DNA of 64,000 bases from an uncultured Methanosarcinales archaeon (lineage in GTDB: Archaea > Nanobdellota > Nanobdellia > Woesearchaeales > CAYZNE01): positions 5,159 to 69,158 of the forward strand of contig CAYONI010000003.1 of assembly GCA_964405295.1 (NCBI GenBank), in the 5' to 3' direction. Positions 28,479 through 38,134 of the stretch are shown here, piece after piece. Both the position numbers and the translations under genes were made by a program. The notes beneath the pieces were generated by a model. The model worked only from the letters and a program-made list of their open reading frames with translations. It did not search any database and was not told the DNA's origin. Position 1 is the stretch's first letter. Each line of letters begins with the position of its first letter.

Positions 28479-29685
28479 GAGTGAAGAAATGTTTCAGAAA
28501 CTGCTTAGAAAAGCGAAAATATCTAGTTCAGCATACCCACTAAAGGGAACAGATCTTTTACTTCCTTTAGGCAAAGAAATTCTTTCTAATATTGAAAAGC
28601 TAAGCTTATCCACTTACAAAGAGATAGGTTATAGGGAAGTGGATTTACCAAGTATAGTACCTGCAGAAATGATAAATCATTTAAGCAAAGAAGGATTATT
28701 TAAATTAAACAATAAACATATAGAATTTTTTCTTACACCCGGGTACGAAACTCAATCAGTAGTAATACTCAAAAATATAGTTGATAATTATGAGATGTTT
28801 CCAATAAAAATATTTAAGAAAGGAAAAGCATATAGGCAAGACTCAAAGATACATCTAATTAAAAACTTAGAGCTTAGGATTGTTGAACTTAATTCTTTTT
28901 TCATAACTAAAGAAGAAGCTGAAAAAGAACTAATAATCCTTAATGAAATTGCGAAAAAAAATCTTATTTCTCTTGGAATCCCATATATTAAAGTAAAAAA
29001 TAGTCAAGTGCCTACACAATACAAATTTATTGGGTTTTTCCCTCATTCTGGAAAATTTGGGACTATAATCCCAACTGTATTGCTGGGTGAAAAACACAGT
29101 CAACAATGCAATGTTTTTTTCAAAAATAAGGGAAAAAAGCGATTCTATCCAATCCAAGTAAACTCAGGTTTTACAGGGAGAATACTTGCAGCATATCTTT
29201 CTAATCACATGGATAAAGAAAAAGGCTTTATTTTAGACCATAATATCTCTCCTTATGAATTTATAATTAATGAATTAGATTTCAATGAGGCCCAATTAGC
29301 AAATCTTAAACTAAAATTACAGAAAGAAAAAATATCTTATCTTCTATTAAGAAAAAAGAGCAATAACTTAAGTTATCAACATTTTATAGCAACAGGCATA
29401 CCTGCCCAGATTGGTTTTAAAAAAGGCTATTTAGAAATAACAGAAAGAGATGGGACAGTTATAAGAAAAAATTATAACAATGATCTTAAAATGCCTCATC
29501 CCAATAAGGATTTAGCAATAGAAGAGAAAAAAATAGAGATTAGACAAATAAATAACGGCCTTAAAGAATATGAACACAACATAATTTATGCAACAACTAA
29601 TCCAAATTTTAATCTAGATAATAAACTTAAATTTATTGGACTCAATGAAGAAAACCAAAAATTATTTGTTAAAAGTAAATATTAA
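28477..29685 (+). CDS. Class II (subclass IIa) aminoacyl-tRNA-synthetase-like catalytic-core paralog with no recognisable anticodon-binding domain
   Basis: Motif-2-like KAYRQDSKIHLIKNLELRIVELNSFF (compare fRxE...GLxRvREF...F). Motif-3-like SGFTGRILAAYL. The start is taken at MSEEMFQ; the track extends to 28429. Confidence 0.45.
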   Translation: MSEEMFQKLLRKAKISSSAYPLKGTDLLLPLGKEILSNIEKLSLSTYKEIGYREVDLPSIVPAEMINHLSKEGLFKLNNKHIEFFLTPGYETQSVVILKNIVDNYEMFPIKIFKKGKAYRQDSKIHLIKNLELRIVELNSFFITKEEAEKELIILNEIAKKNLISLGIPYIKVKNSQVPTQYKFIGFFPHSGKFGTIIPTVLLGEKHSQQCNVFFKNKGKKRFYPIQVNSGFTGRILAAYLSNHMDKEKGFILDHNISPYEFIINELDFNEAQLANLKLKLQKEKISYLLLRKKSNNLSYQHFIATGIPAQIGFKKGYLEITERDGTVIRKNYNNDLKMPHPNKDLAIEEKKIEIRQINNGLKEYEHNIIYATTNPNFNLDNKLKFIGLNEENQKLFVKSKY

Positions 29686-29686
29686 T

Positions 29687-30490
29687 TTATCTATTAGTTC
29701 TAAATATTTTAAGAACATTATCCCATAAAGGGAAGTATTTTGGCAAGAAATTATCCAAAAATAATCTTATTTGATCTTTATTATTAATCGGATCCATCTC
29801 ATATTCCAAAATCTTCTTTATATCTACAGCCAAGTCCGGAAATTCTTCAGATAGTATTTTTGCACATGTATGAAGATTAGGAGTATATACTGGCTTTTTA
29901 TACATAACCAGCCCAAGACCAGACCTCAAAATAGTCCTCATGGTCCATCTACACCAAAACCTGGGCTTTCGAACTCTTGACAAATAGGAACGGCTCCCAT
30001 AACCTTTAAAATAAGAATGGAGATCAGATAATTCAGTTTTAATATTAGAATACATAAAATGAGCCAGATCCTTATCTGCTTTAAAATCTTTAATATTAGA
30101 CAAGACATCATTACCATACAATAAACAAGACTGGGTCTTCAGATAAACTCTTAATCTTTTATATTCTGAAGACATTAAAAGATCATAATTCAATAAAGTA
30201 ATATCTACCTCAGAAACAACAGAGAAATCAGATTCTAAAGAATCAATAATCTGCAAAACCTTATCTTTTTCATTTTTATTTGGTTTAGATTCTATAAAAA
30301 CCACAAGATCAATATCTGATAACGATTTTATCCCCTTGCCATCAGACAAACTTCCTCTAAGATATATTGCAAGTGGCTTAAACCCAGAAAGTATTCTGTT
30401 TGTTGACTCTTCGACTAACTCTTTAAAAATCGGTTGAAGCTTATCTAAAGATCCTTCATTCAAAATTGTTCCATCAGATAGTATTTCCAT
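29687..30490 (-). CDS. Nucleotidyltransferase of the ANT/KNTase (aminoglycoside/lincosamide nucleotidyltransferase-like) type with a C-terminal DUF4111-like domain
   Basis: LAIYLRGSLSDGKGIKSLSDIDLVVFIES is a GS...DxD NTase motif in the AadA/Lnu-like arrangement. Confidence 0.6.
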   Translation of the reverse strand: MEILSDGTILNEGSLDKLQPIFKELVEESTNRILSGFKPLAIYLRGSLSDGKGIKSLSDIDLVVFIESKPNKNEKDKVLQIIDSLESDFSVVSEVDITLLNYDLLMSSEYKRLRVYLKTQSCLLYGNDVLSNIKDFKADKDLAHFMYSNIKTELSDLHSYFKGYGSRSYLSRVRKPRFWCRWTMRTILRSGLGLVMYKKPVYTPNLHTCAKILSEEFPDLAVDIKKILEYEMDPINNKDQIRLFLDNFLPKYFPLWDNVLKIFRTNR

Positions 30491-32261
30491 TTTTATTTAC
30501 AAAATTCTTTATTCCAAATAAGCCTAGATGTATAATGAAATCATCAGCACTATCAGTTCTGTGAAGACCACAGAAGACTATAACACAAGATTTATTTATA
30601 TAATTATACTTTGTGGGAAAGCCAAACATACACCTTAGGGAATCATCTTTATTGTTTTGGTATGCTTTAAAGTGGCCAATGTCTAAGTTCAACCTTTTTA
30701 TGGTGTCTCCTTTTTTATGCCTAAGAATTAATACTCCGAAAAATTCTCCAAAATCATAATGCAGATATGCAGTCTTAAAAATATCTTGAACTTTTTTATC
30801 AGGATAATCTGATGAATACATTTCAGAAACTTTATCAGAAAAATTATCTAGTTTGTATGATTTCAGTATTTTATATCCTCTTTTAATTATTTCTAATTTC
30901 ACTTCTTCAAATCTTTTAATGGATTCGGGCCTAATTACAAGCATGGACACATCCAACTTTTTTATTTTCTGATAAAAAATATCACTTTGACGCGCTTTCC
31001 CAGAAAAAAGGTCTATTCTGCCCGACACAACATTTTTCAACAAATGATCTTCTTGGTCAGAAAATATTATTGTTGGTTTCTCTGCAACATAATATTCCAT
31101 AATAAGAGTCATAATATTATTAATAGACTTATGATTCAAACCGGCAAAAGGCTCATCTATTATAAGTAACTCCGGTTTTTTTATTAACATTGAAGCAATA
31201 AGCAACAATTGTTTCTGACCTCTGCTTAAAAAAAATGGATGTTCATCCTTCTTATGTTCAAGATTAATCTTTTTTAAAAAAATTAAAAGCTCTTCTTCAG
31301 AAAAATTACTTTCAAAATTTAATTCTTCCAATACAGAATTTGTAAAAAGTTGTTTTTCAGGTTCTTGCATTATCATTGCATAGGACTTAAATAATTTAGC
31401 AATAACCCCTTTGGTTTTTTTAATATTGCCAATAATAAGATTTAACAAAGTGGATTTTCCAGACCCATTAGGTCCAAATACCCCGAAAACTTGACCTTTT
31501 TTTATATTAAAATTAATATCTTTAAGCGCAGTTGTTCCATCAGGATAAGTTTTATGAACTTTAGTAAATGAGATTAGCTTATTAGACAATTTTCTTTCTT
31601 TAAACTTTGGCAATTTTATCTTTTGTTCAAAATTACCTTCTAGCCAAGCCCCTTCTTTATAACTTATTATTTTGTTACCAATCGCAGATAAACTTGTATC
31701 ATGAGTGGAAAGAATAATTATTTTTTTGTGAGAAATCAGTTTAAGATATGAAACCAATCTTTTTCTGTAGGTATTGTCAAGATTGGATGTTGGTTCATCA
31801 ATCATAATTATATCTTTATCCTGTGCGAGTATTGAAATAATTGATAAAATTTTCCTCTGGCCCGTAGACATATCCCTTAAATTTTTTAATTTAAGAGATT
31901 CTACACAAAAATATTTCATCAAATTATCTATAAGTGTTTCTTTATTTTTAGGAATTGTAAAAAATAATTCTTGTTGTATTGTGCTTAATATAAACTGACT
32001 TTCAGGCTCTTGAAATGCAAATGAAATATGTTTTCGTAGATTTTTTAAGCCTATATGTTTCCCATATGTTATTCTCCCTGAAAAAACTGATTCCTGAACT
32101 TCAGGTATTAATCCAGAAAACGCTTTCAATAAAGAAGTTTTACCACAGCCAGTAGCACCCCTTATAATTAATAAATCACCCTTTTTTAAAACTAATGAAA
32201 AGTTTTTTACGAGTAATTCCTCCCCGAATCCTAATTTATCTATTCTTATGTTTAAAATCAT
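30474..32261 (-). CDS. ECF transporter energy-coupling ATPase, fused duplicated EcfA-EcfA' (two ABC cassettes), plus an unassigned C-terminal domain of about 170 aa
   Basis: Cassette 1 has GATGCGKTS...MSTGQRK...IMIDEPTSNLD. Cassette 2 has GPNGSGKST...LSRGQKQ...LIIDEPFAGLN. No motif was recognised in residues about 425-595. Confidence 0.8.
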   Translation of the reverse strand: MILNIRIDKLGFGEELLVKNFSLVLKKGDLLIIRGATGCGKTSLLKAFSGLIPEVQESVFSGRITYGKHIGLKNLRKHISFAFQEPESQFILSTIQQELFFTIPKNKETLIDNLMKYFCVESLKLKNLRDMSTGQRKILSIISILAQDKDIIMIDEPTSNLDNTYRKRLVSYLKLISHKKIIILSTHDTSLSAIGNKIISYKEGAWLEGNFEQKIKLPKFKERKLSNKLISFTKVHKTYPDGTTALKDINFNIKKGQVFGVFGPNGSGKSTLLNLIIGNIKKTKGVIAKLFKSYAMIMQEPEKQLFTNSVLEELNFESNFSEEELLIFLKKINLEHKKDEHPFFLSRGQKQLLLIASMLIKKPELLIIDEPFAGLNHKSINNIMTLIMEYYVAEKPTIIFSDQEDHLLKNVVSGRIDLFSGKARQSDIFYQKIKKLDVSMLVIRPESIKRFEEVKLEIIKRGYKILKSYKLDNFSDKVSEMYSSDYPDKKVQDIFKTAYLHYDFGEFFGVLILRHKKGDTIKRLNLDIGHFKAYQNNKDDSLRCMFGFPTKYNYINKSCVIVFCGLHRTDSADDFIIHLGLFGIKNFVNKNGNTI

Positions 32262-32907
32262 CTTCCCTCAATGCATAGGACTGATTCAATAATTCTATCT
32301 TCTTAAAATTTGACAATAATAGAACGATGCCCAAATAAAGTATTCTCTTTAGTTTTTTTTTAAGACTTTTTGCAACAAATCCCCTTGACTTAAGAGCAGA
32401 ACTTATTTTTGCAATATCCATCAAAGAAAAACCTATTGTGTTAAACGCTATTGTAAACATAAATATTAATTTTCTCGGTGCTTTAATTTTTAATAATGAA
32501 TTAATAAGATCGTTTTCTGAAGTAATTGCCATAAAGAAAATTCCTGATAAAACCACAACAACCCATCTTGAGGCTGCAAGAAGCATAAGAGCTAACGTAT
32601 TATTTGTAAAAAATGTTCCCCAGGGAAAAGAAAATATAATTTCCCCCTGAATTCTACTCAAAAACACCCAGAACAAAGAAAAAATAACTATTGCTATTGC
32701 AAGAGACCTATAGGCTGTAGGATTATAAAACTTTATTGACAAAAGAAAAAATAATAAAATAATTATGATTGCTAAATTTATAACCGGATTTTTGTTTAAA
32801 ACTCCAAAGATACTTATAAGAAAGAAAAAAAATAATTTAAAAAAAAATCCCACCCTATTAAAGAGAGAAGAACCCTCTAAATAATGAATAAATGTGGGTT
32901 CTTTCAT
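32236..32907 (-). CDS. ecfT: ECF transporter transmembrane component EcfT (CbiQ family)
   Basis: Polytopic protein. C-terminal ALKSRGF...SL coupling-helix region. Located after the S component and before the ATPase. Confidence 0.7.
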   Translation of the reverse strand: MKEPTFIHYLEGSSLFNRVGFFFKLFFFFLISIFGVLNKNPVINLAIIIILLFFLLSIKFYNPTAYRSLAIAIVIFSLFWVFLSRIQGEIIFSFPWGTFFTNNTLALMLLAASRWVVVVLSGIFFMAITSENDLINSLLKIKAPRKLIFMFTIAFNTIGFSLMDIAKISSALKSRGFVAKSLKKKLKRILYLGIVLLLSNFKKIELLNQSYALREDDFKHKNR

Positions 32908-32917
32908 TAAACCACCA

Positions 32918-33484
32918 TTACCAAAATTTCTTTACGAATAATGAAGTTTTTTTGACAAAAGGGCTTAAATATTTCAGCAAAGGTATTCCTATTACTATAG
33001 ATACAATTACACCACCAATCAACCAACCATAGACTGCAGCGCTAACCGCTTCGGCAGGCATAATACCAAAATAATAAAATCCAGTAAGTACCCATGCAGC
33101 AGAAATTATATTCTGTGCTATTGTAGCAGAAAGTATAAACCCAAAAAAATCTTTAGGTTTCTTCAAATCCATATCAAACCATTTCCTGAAAAATAACATT
33201 GGAACTGCTGCACCCAGAACATTCCCCCATGCTAACAAGAATGCATAAACAGTAAACGTACCTGAAATTAAAGCTCCTAGTAAAAGTCCGATATATATTG
33301 CAATAAGTCCTTTTCCTTTGAACCAAATTGCAAATACAGTAAAAAATGCCGAGCCAATGTAGAATGCAGAAACACCAATTATACCGATAGGAAAAATAAC
33401 AACCCCAATATAATCAAGTAAAGCGACAAGTCCCGCAACTACGCCCATTAATATAAAATAGTTAAATTTATTTGTTGTTTCCAT
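32918..33484 (-). CDS. ECF transporter substrate-capture (S) component; substrate unknown
   Basis: 188 aa, 5-6 TM. Operonic with EcfT and the ATPase. Confidence 0.55.
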   Translation of the reverse strand: METTNKFNYFILMGVVAGLVALLDYIGVVIFPIGIIGVSAFYIGSAFFTVFAIWFKGKGLIAIYIGLLLGALISGTFTVYAFLLAWGNVLGAAVPMLFFRKWFDMDLKKPKDFFGFILSATIAQNIISAAWVLTGFYYFGIMPAEAVSAAVYGWLIGGVIVSIVIGIPLLKYLSPFVKKTSLFVKKFW

Positions 33485-33644
33485 AAAAAAGTTAAATTGT
33501 TATACATTTAAAAAATTAACCCAATAATTTCCGGAATAATCGAAAAAAATAGAAAATTAGGAGTATTGCGAAATGCATTTAAAAATAATTATTACTAGTC
33601 ATTAATTAACTTAATTCATTTAATATAAAACAAAAGAAAATAAT

Positions 33645-35162
33645 TCACTTGATATAAATCAAAGCACCATTATCAGGCCCATTACCTACTCCGCCAACTT
33701 TGAATAATGTTTCTTGCTCAATGAATTTGATGAAGTCTTGTGCTTCTTTATCCCAGGAACTAAACTCTCCTTGAATCTTATTATTCCAAGAAGGAAGAAT
33801 CTTAATGACTGCTTTCAGAGTTCTAAGTTTTTCATCTCCCCAGGCAGGAATAGTTTTATACTTATTTCCTTGGAGATCTTCATACCTAGTTATAAGTGGA
33901 ATCTCATCTAATAATTCAAGACCATCCATTTGATTAATCCAAAGTTCACAATCATTAATACTGCCTCGGGCAGTGTTGTTGTATAATGTTCTGAGTGCAA
34001 CTAAATCTAATGGGGCTTTTCCTCTAGGAAAACCCGTTGTTTCACCAAACTCACTATAGAACAATCTAAACCCATCCCCTTTTTCTTGAGAATCACTAGA
34101 ACGCATTAATTCTATTGCTTTGTCTTTATAATCAGAATATTTTGCATCTACACTAAACCCATAATGCTTTAGAACTTCTGGTTTTCTTAGTGAAGAAGAT
34201 CTATCACCAAACTCTCCAACAAAGTAAGCATTACCAACTCTACTTCCAAAAGATTTTACTACGAAAATAAGTTTCTGTTTTTGTACAGGGATGTTTTGGG
34301 TTACAAATATACCTGCAGGATCGATAATACTCGAACTTCCCTTCTCAATTCTAGAAGTGGTTCCTAGAAAATAAGATTGAGAACCTTCATTCAGAACAAT
34401 TCTATCATAGTTTACTGCATCTTTTAACTCGTTTGCAATTTCCGATGAAATAAAATCTTTTAACATTTCATTATGCTTTGTTAATTCTTCTAGAACATTT
34501 TCTACTGAGTTTTGTTCTTTAAATTTAAGATATTCTTGTTTAACTTGATCGTTGGGGTTTATCAGGTCTAAGTTATTCTTTTTGCATAGATACTCGTAAT
34601 ATTCTGAGTGCAGTTCAGGAACTAGAATGTTTAGTTTCTCTATTAACTGTTCTCTATTTAGTAGATCTCTTGCGATAATTCCTGTTCTTTTAGCTTTTGC
34701 ACCATAGACAAATCTTATTCCAGAGCCAGTGGATGTTCTACCACTCTTTAATCCATCTAAAACCATGTAAGCATCAAGAATGATTAGGGCATTATCATCT
34801 ATTAGAAGAGTTCCATTAAAGAAACCTGCATTCTGAAAATCTTTTATTTCTTTAACTAACTTTGCGGGGTGTAGAGCGCAACCTGCACCCACTACACTAA
34901 TAAAATTAGGATAAATAATTGTTGAGGGAATAACATGGCCTGAAACCTTTTTACCGTTTAAATGAAGAGCGTGGCCACCATTTGGTCCACCATTGGATCT
35001 AACTCCATAGCCAACAATCTCTTTTTCAGAAAACTTTGATTTGAAAGATTGAACATTAGAGTATTCACCTTTTTTATTAGATATCATTTCTGCAATAGAA
35101 GCAATATTTTTCCCTTTTCCTTCATCCCCGAAGAATCCACCAAGTACCGTTAGAATTACCAT
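33645..35162 (-). CDS. purA: Adenylosuccinate synthetase (PurA), long form with an insertion of about 100 aa
   Basis: P-loop GGFFGDEGKGK. GGHALHL. RTSTGSGIRFVYGAKAKRTGIIARDLL (TTGRGIGP region). NEGSQSYFLGTTS (EGAQG region). GETTGFPRG (GTTGRpRR). Total length 505 aa. Confidence 0.75.
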   Translation of the reverse strand: MVILTVLGGFFGDEGKGKNIASIAEMISNKKGEYSNVQSFKSKFSEKEIVGYGVRSNGGPNGGHALHLNGKKVSGHVIPSTIIYPNFISVVGAGCALHPAKLVKEIKDFQNAGFFNGTLLIDDNALIILDAYMVLDGLKSGRTSTGSGIRFVYGAKAKRTGIIARDLLNREQLIEKLNILVPELHSEYYEYLCKKNNLDLINPNDQVKQEYLKFKEQNSVENVLEELTKHNEMLKDFISSEIANELKDAVNYDRIVLNEGSQSYFLGTTSRIEKGSSSIIDPAGIFVTQNIPVQKQKLIFVVKSFGSRVGNAYFVGEFGDRSSSLRKPEVLKHYGFSVDAKYSDYKDKAIELMRSSDSQEKGDGFRLFYSEFGETTGFPRGKAPLDLVALRTLYNNTARGSINDCELWINQMDGLELLDEIPLITRYEDLQGNKYKTIPAWGDEKLRTLKAVIKILPSWNNKIQGEFSSWDKEAQDFIKFIEQETLFKVGGVGNGPDNGALIYIK

Positions 35163-35221
35163 ACTTTACTTGATTTAAGAATAGTTATTTATATAGTTTT
35201 TGTTGTTATTTAAATAAAAAG

Positions 35222-35263
35222 AAAATGCTCAATAAACGTTTGTTTATTGGCACCGAAAACCGG
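35222..35263 (+). repeat. Copy 2 of the dispersed 3'-end hairpin element: aaaATGCTCAATAAACgtttGTTTATTGGCACCGAAAACCGG
   Basis: Downstream of the 35270-36163 stop. Confidence 0.7.
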
Positions 35264-35269
35264 AGTTAA

Positions 35270-36163
35270 TTAATTAAAAACATCTAGGTCACCAGAAGTT
35301 GTCCTAACAACAAATCTATGTTCTCCACCATTAACCATAATTACAGATTCTGTGGTCATACCAGCAAATCTATTCTCTAGGTCTCCGCTGGTGCTATCAA
35401 AATCAATGACGAAGCTTGAATCAGCTGGAAGTTTAACTTTAACATCACCAGAAGTAGTTTTTATGTCAATATCATTTGTTAACTCTACATAATCTAGATT
35501 TACTTTTCCAGAAACTGACTTTGCATTTAGAGAACCAGACTTTAAAGAGTTAAAACTTACATCACCAGAAGTTGTTTCAGTTACTACTTCTCCGGTTTCT
35601 ATATTTACTGCTTTTAGACCACCAGAAACTGTATTGAAATTAAAGTTATAGGATGTAATATTATTAATAACTGCATCTGCTGAAGTTCCTTTGAATTTAA
35701 AATCTGCAAACTCAAAATTACTTACTTCCAGGTCTCCAGAAACAGTAGTTATATCCATGCCAACTTTGTTCCTAGGGATCTTCAGCTGGAGATTCATATC
35801 ATGCATTCCTCCAAAATTAAAAAAGCTCGCTCCAAGGTTTTTGTATTCAACAGCAATCTTTAGGGTATTATCTTCTTTTGTAACTGTTAATTCTGGAACT
35901 TCATTAATTTTAGACGTTGTTTGACCAGTTAGATAAACTTCAATGTTCTCAGAGTTAGATTCTACTATCTCAATGGATGTGCTTACAGTATTAATCTCAA
36001 TTGAACTGATGTTAGTAAAACTAATCATTTTGTTCTCAGAAACTTGGTATTCACTTGCATCTATGTTATAACCATTAGATACAAAAAGTAGTAATGCTGC
36101 TACAGTAATACTAACAACAGCTATTATCACTAGGATTAGAGTTATTTGTTTTATATTTTTCAT
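35270..36163 (-). CDS. DUF4097 (putative adhesin / YvlB-like beta-helix) protein with an N-terminal TM
   Basis: TM anchor then repetitive T(T)SGD(V/L) beta-strand repeats. Third gene of a PadR-DUF1700-DUF4097 operon. Confidence 0.6.
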   Translation of the reverse strand: MKNIKQITLILVIIAVVSITVAALLLFVSNGYNIDASEYQVSENKMISFTNISSIEINTVSTSIEIVESNSENIEVYLTGQTTSKINEVPELTVTKEDNTLKIAVEYKNLGASFFNFGGMHDMNLQLKIPRNKVGMDITTVSGDLEVSNFEFADFKFKGTSADAVINNITSYNFNFNTVSGGLKAVNIETGEVVTETTSGDVSFNSLKSGSLNAKSVSGKVNLDYVELTNDIDIKTTSGDVKVKLPADSSFVIDFDSTSGDLENRFAGMTTESVIMVNGGEHRFVVRTTSGDLDVFN

Positions 36164-36165
36164 TT

Positions 36166-36735
36166 TTAATTACCTTTAATTATTTTTAAATTTAGTTTCA
36201 GATATTTTATTACCAAAGAAAAGAATCCTTTAGAGATATAATAAGACCCTATAAGCATTAATAATCCTAGACTTAGACAACCAATCCCCGTAAGAATAGA
36301 TACTATTGGAGTTATGCCAAAGGTCAATAGACTGTAAAATGATGCTAGCAGTGGTGCAAAGATTAAAGCAATACCTGTAACAATAAAAGAAATAGTTATT
36401 GCGTATATCCCAATTAATATTCCTAGTAATCCGAAGAATATCCCTGCTACAAATATTAAATTAAAAAAACCTAATCCAATTATGGCGAGTATTGCTCTGG
36501 TTACATTTGAGAATGATGATTTTTCCTCAGCTTTCTTAATTAAAAGATTTGCATATGCTTGTTTTGCAATGGTTTTTGGTTTTCCCAGCGACTTTATTAG
36601 AGCAGATTCGGTTCTACCTTTTTTAAGGCCTATGTTGAAGTGCTCTTCATAGTCTTCAATGATTTCCTCACGATCTTCTTTTTGCAGATGTTTTAATCTT
36701 GATTTTAATTCTTTGAAAAATTCTTTTTTATTCAA
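36166..36735 (-). CDS. DUF1700 family membrane protein
   Basis: N-terminal MNKKEFFKELKSRLKHLQKEDREEIIEDYEEHF is the DUF1700 signature. C-terminal TM helices. Confidence 0.65.
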   Translation of the reverse strand: MNKKEFFKELKSRLKHLQKEDREEIIEDYEEHFNIGLKKGRTESALIKSLGKPKTIAKQAYANLLIKKAEEKSSFSNVTRAILAIIGLGFFNLIFVAGIFFGLLGILIGIYAITISFIVTGIALIFAPLLASFYSLLTFGITPIVSILTGIGCLSLGLLMLIGSYYISKGFFSLVIKYLKLNLKIIKGN

Positions 36736-36736
36736 T

Positions 36737-37048
36737 TTATTTACCTCTTAGAAAGACTTCTACTTTCTTAGTAAAGCTTTTCCATTGTTTTGATAATAAT
36801 AACACTCTTTTTTCTCCATTTTTAGTTAACTTGTAGTATTTTCTTGGTGGTCCTGTCTTTGATTCTTTGAGATAGGTTGTTACATAACCATCTTTTTTTA
36901 GCCTTCTTAGTAAAGGATATATTGTTCCTTCGGACACATCAATCTTTTTTGATATCTCATTAGCAATCTTGTATCCGTAACAGTCATCTATCCTCAATAG
37001 GTTCAGAACGCAAAGTTCCAGAACTCCCTTCTTAAATTGTGTATCCAT
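36737..37048 (-). CDS. PadR-family transcriptional regulator
   Basis: [23 protein letters not shown]...[16 protein letters not shown]...YYKLTKNG is canonical PadR. Confidence 0.85.
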   Translation of the reverse strand: MDTQFKKGVLELCVLNLLRIDDCYGYKIANEISKKIDVSEGTIYPLLRRLKKDGYVTTYLKESKTGPPRKYYKLTKNGEKRVLLLSKQWKSFTKKVEVFLRGK

Positions 37049-37158
37049 TGTTGTACCTGTTCATGTTTAGTATTAGGTATTGCATAGTAGTATATAAATG
37101 TTTTGGTTAGATGATGGAGAATTGAGTTGCAGACATCAAAGAAGAAGTCACAATAACA

Positions 37159-37407
37159 CTATTTGAAAATTTTCTTAAAGTTTTTTACAGCTTGATCATA
37201 AATTCTTTTTCCTGCCAGAATAGGTGAAAGAACTTCTAGAATTATGAATACTATTGCCAGAATTAGAAAGAATATTGCCCATCCAGTCATATCTTTCATT
37301 GCATCCCACAAAGCAAATAGTATCATGGCACCTATTGCATATTGTCCTGGTATTTTGTAAATTGACAGAATTATTTCAATAATATCCTCTTTGATTTGAT
37401 TAGTCAT
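37159..37407 (-). CDS. Small membrane protein (2 TM)
   Basis: Hydrophobic 82-aa ORF. Confidence 0.3.
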   Translation of the reverse strand: MTNQIKEDIIEIILSIYKIPGQYAIGAMILFALWDAMKDMTGWAIFFLILAIVFIILEVLSPILAGKRIYDQAVKNFKKIFK

Positions 37408-37585
37408 AAAAAGGAAAAAACTTAGTTCTATAAAAAATTTATGGTTATTGTGATTGTATTTAACATTTGATTATGAGAAATTTCTTGAGCGAAGCGATAC
37501 ATTAAAAACAAGAATCAAGGCGAGAAAACTTAAAATTAGAAAAATTTATATAAATAAGTCCAATTATCGGTTATAGGTGGTATAG

Positions 37586-38134
37586 ATGGATTATGCAAAT
37601 GAATTTAATGAAATATTGAATACCCTTAATGATAATCTTGAACTAAAAGAAAGAGTTATAGAATTAATACAAAATAAGCCAATATTAGGGAAAGTTATAG
37701 AGGAAGAAGAAAGAGTAAATGAATTTAGAAAAATATTAATTGAATTAGTTAAGGGTGCCTTTGATACCCTAGAATCTTCTTATATAGAAGTAGAATCAAG
37801 ATTGCTCCGAAATAAATCAAAATATGCATCTGATAATCGTGTTTTTGCAAGTGGTTGGTCAGAAAGATTAGTAAGAACTCATTTAAGTAGATTTTATAAT
37901 CAAGCTATACTAGAAGAATTAGATGAAAAGGGCGAAGACGAATGCTTTGTACCTGCTTCCAGTTCATCAAATTTAAGTTCAAGATGCGCGATTATCCAGA
38001 ATCAGAATTATAAAGTTAAAGAACTATTGCAAAATTTAATTAACAATTATGATTTGGGGCGATACGATGATTCAATAAAGGTTCCTGAACATCCACATTG
38101 TTCACATGTAGTTAAACCAATTGAAAAAGAATAA
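37586..38134 (+). CDS. Hypothetical cytoplasmic protein with a C-terminal Cys/His cluster; first gene of a three-gene overlapping operon
   Basis: 182 aa. C...C...HPHCSH in the last 60 residues. Stop overlaps the next start. Confidence 0.35.
   Translation: MDYANEFNEILNTLNDNLELKERVIELIQNKPILGKVIEEEERVNEFRKILIELVKGAFDTLESSYIEVESRLLRNKSKYASDNRVFASGWSERLVRTHLSRFYNQAILEELDEKGEDECFVPASSSSNLSSRCAIIQNQNYKVKELLQNLINNYDLGRYDDSIKVPEHPHCSHVVKPIEKE

Noticed and set aside
33485-33644. Possible additional degenerate copy of the hairpin element (cccaataatttccggaataatcg)
   Set aside because: It resembles only the 3' half loosely and lacks the ATGCTCAAT arm and a covarying stem, so it was not counted.
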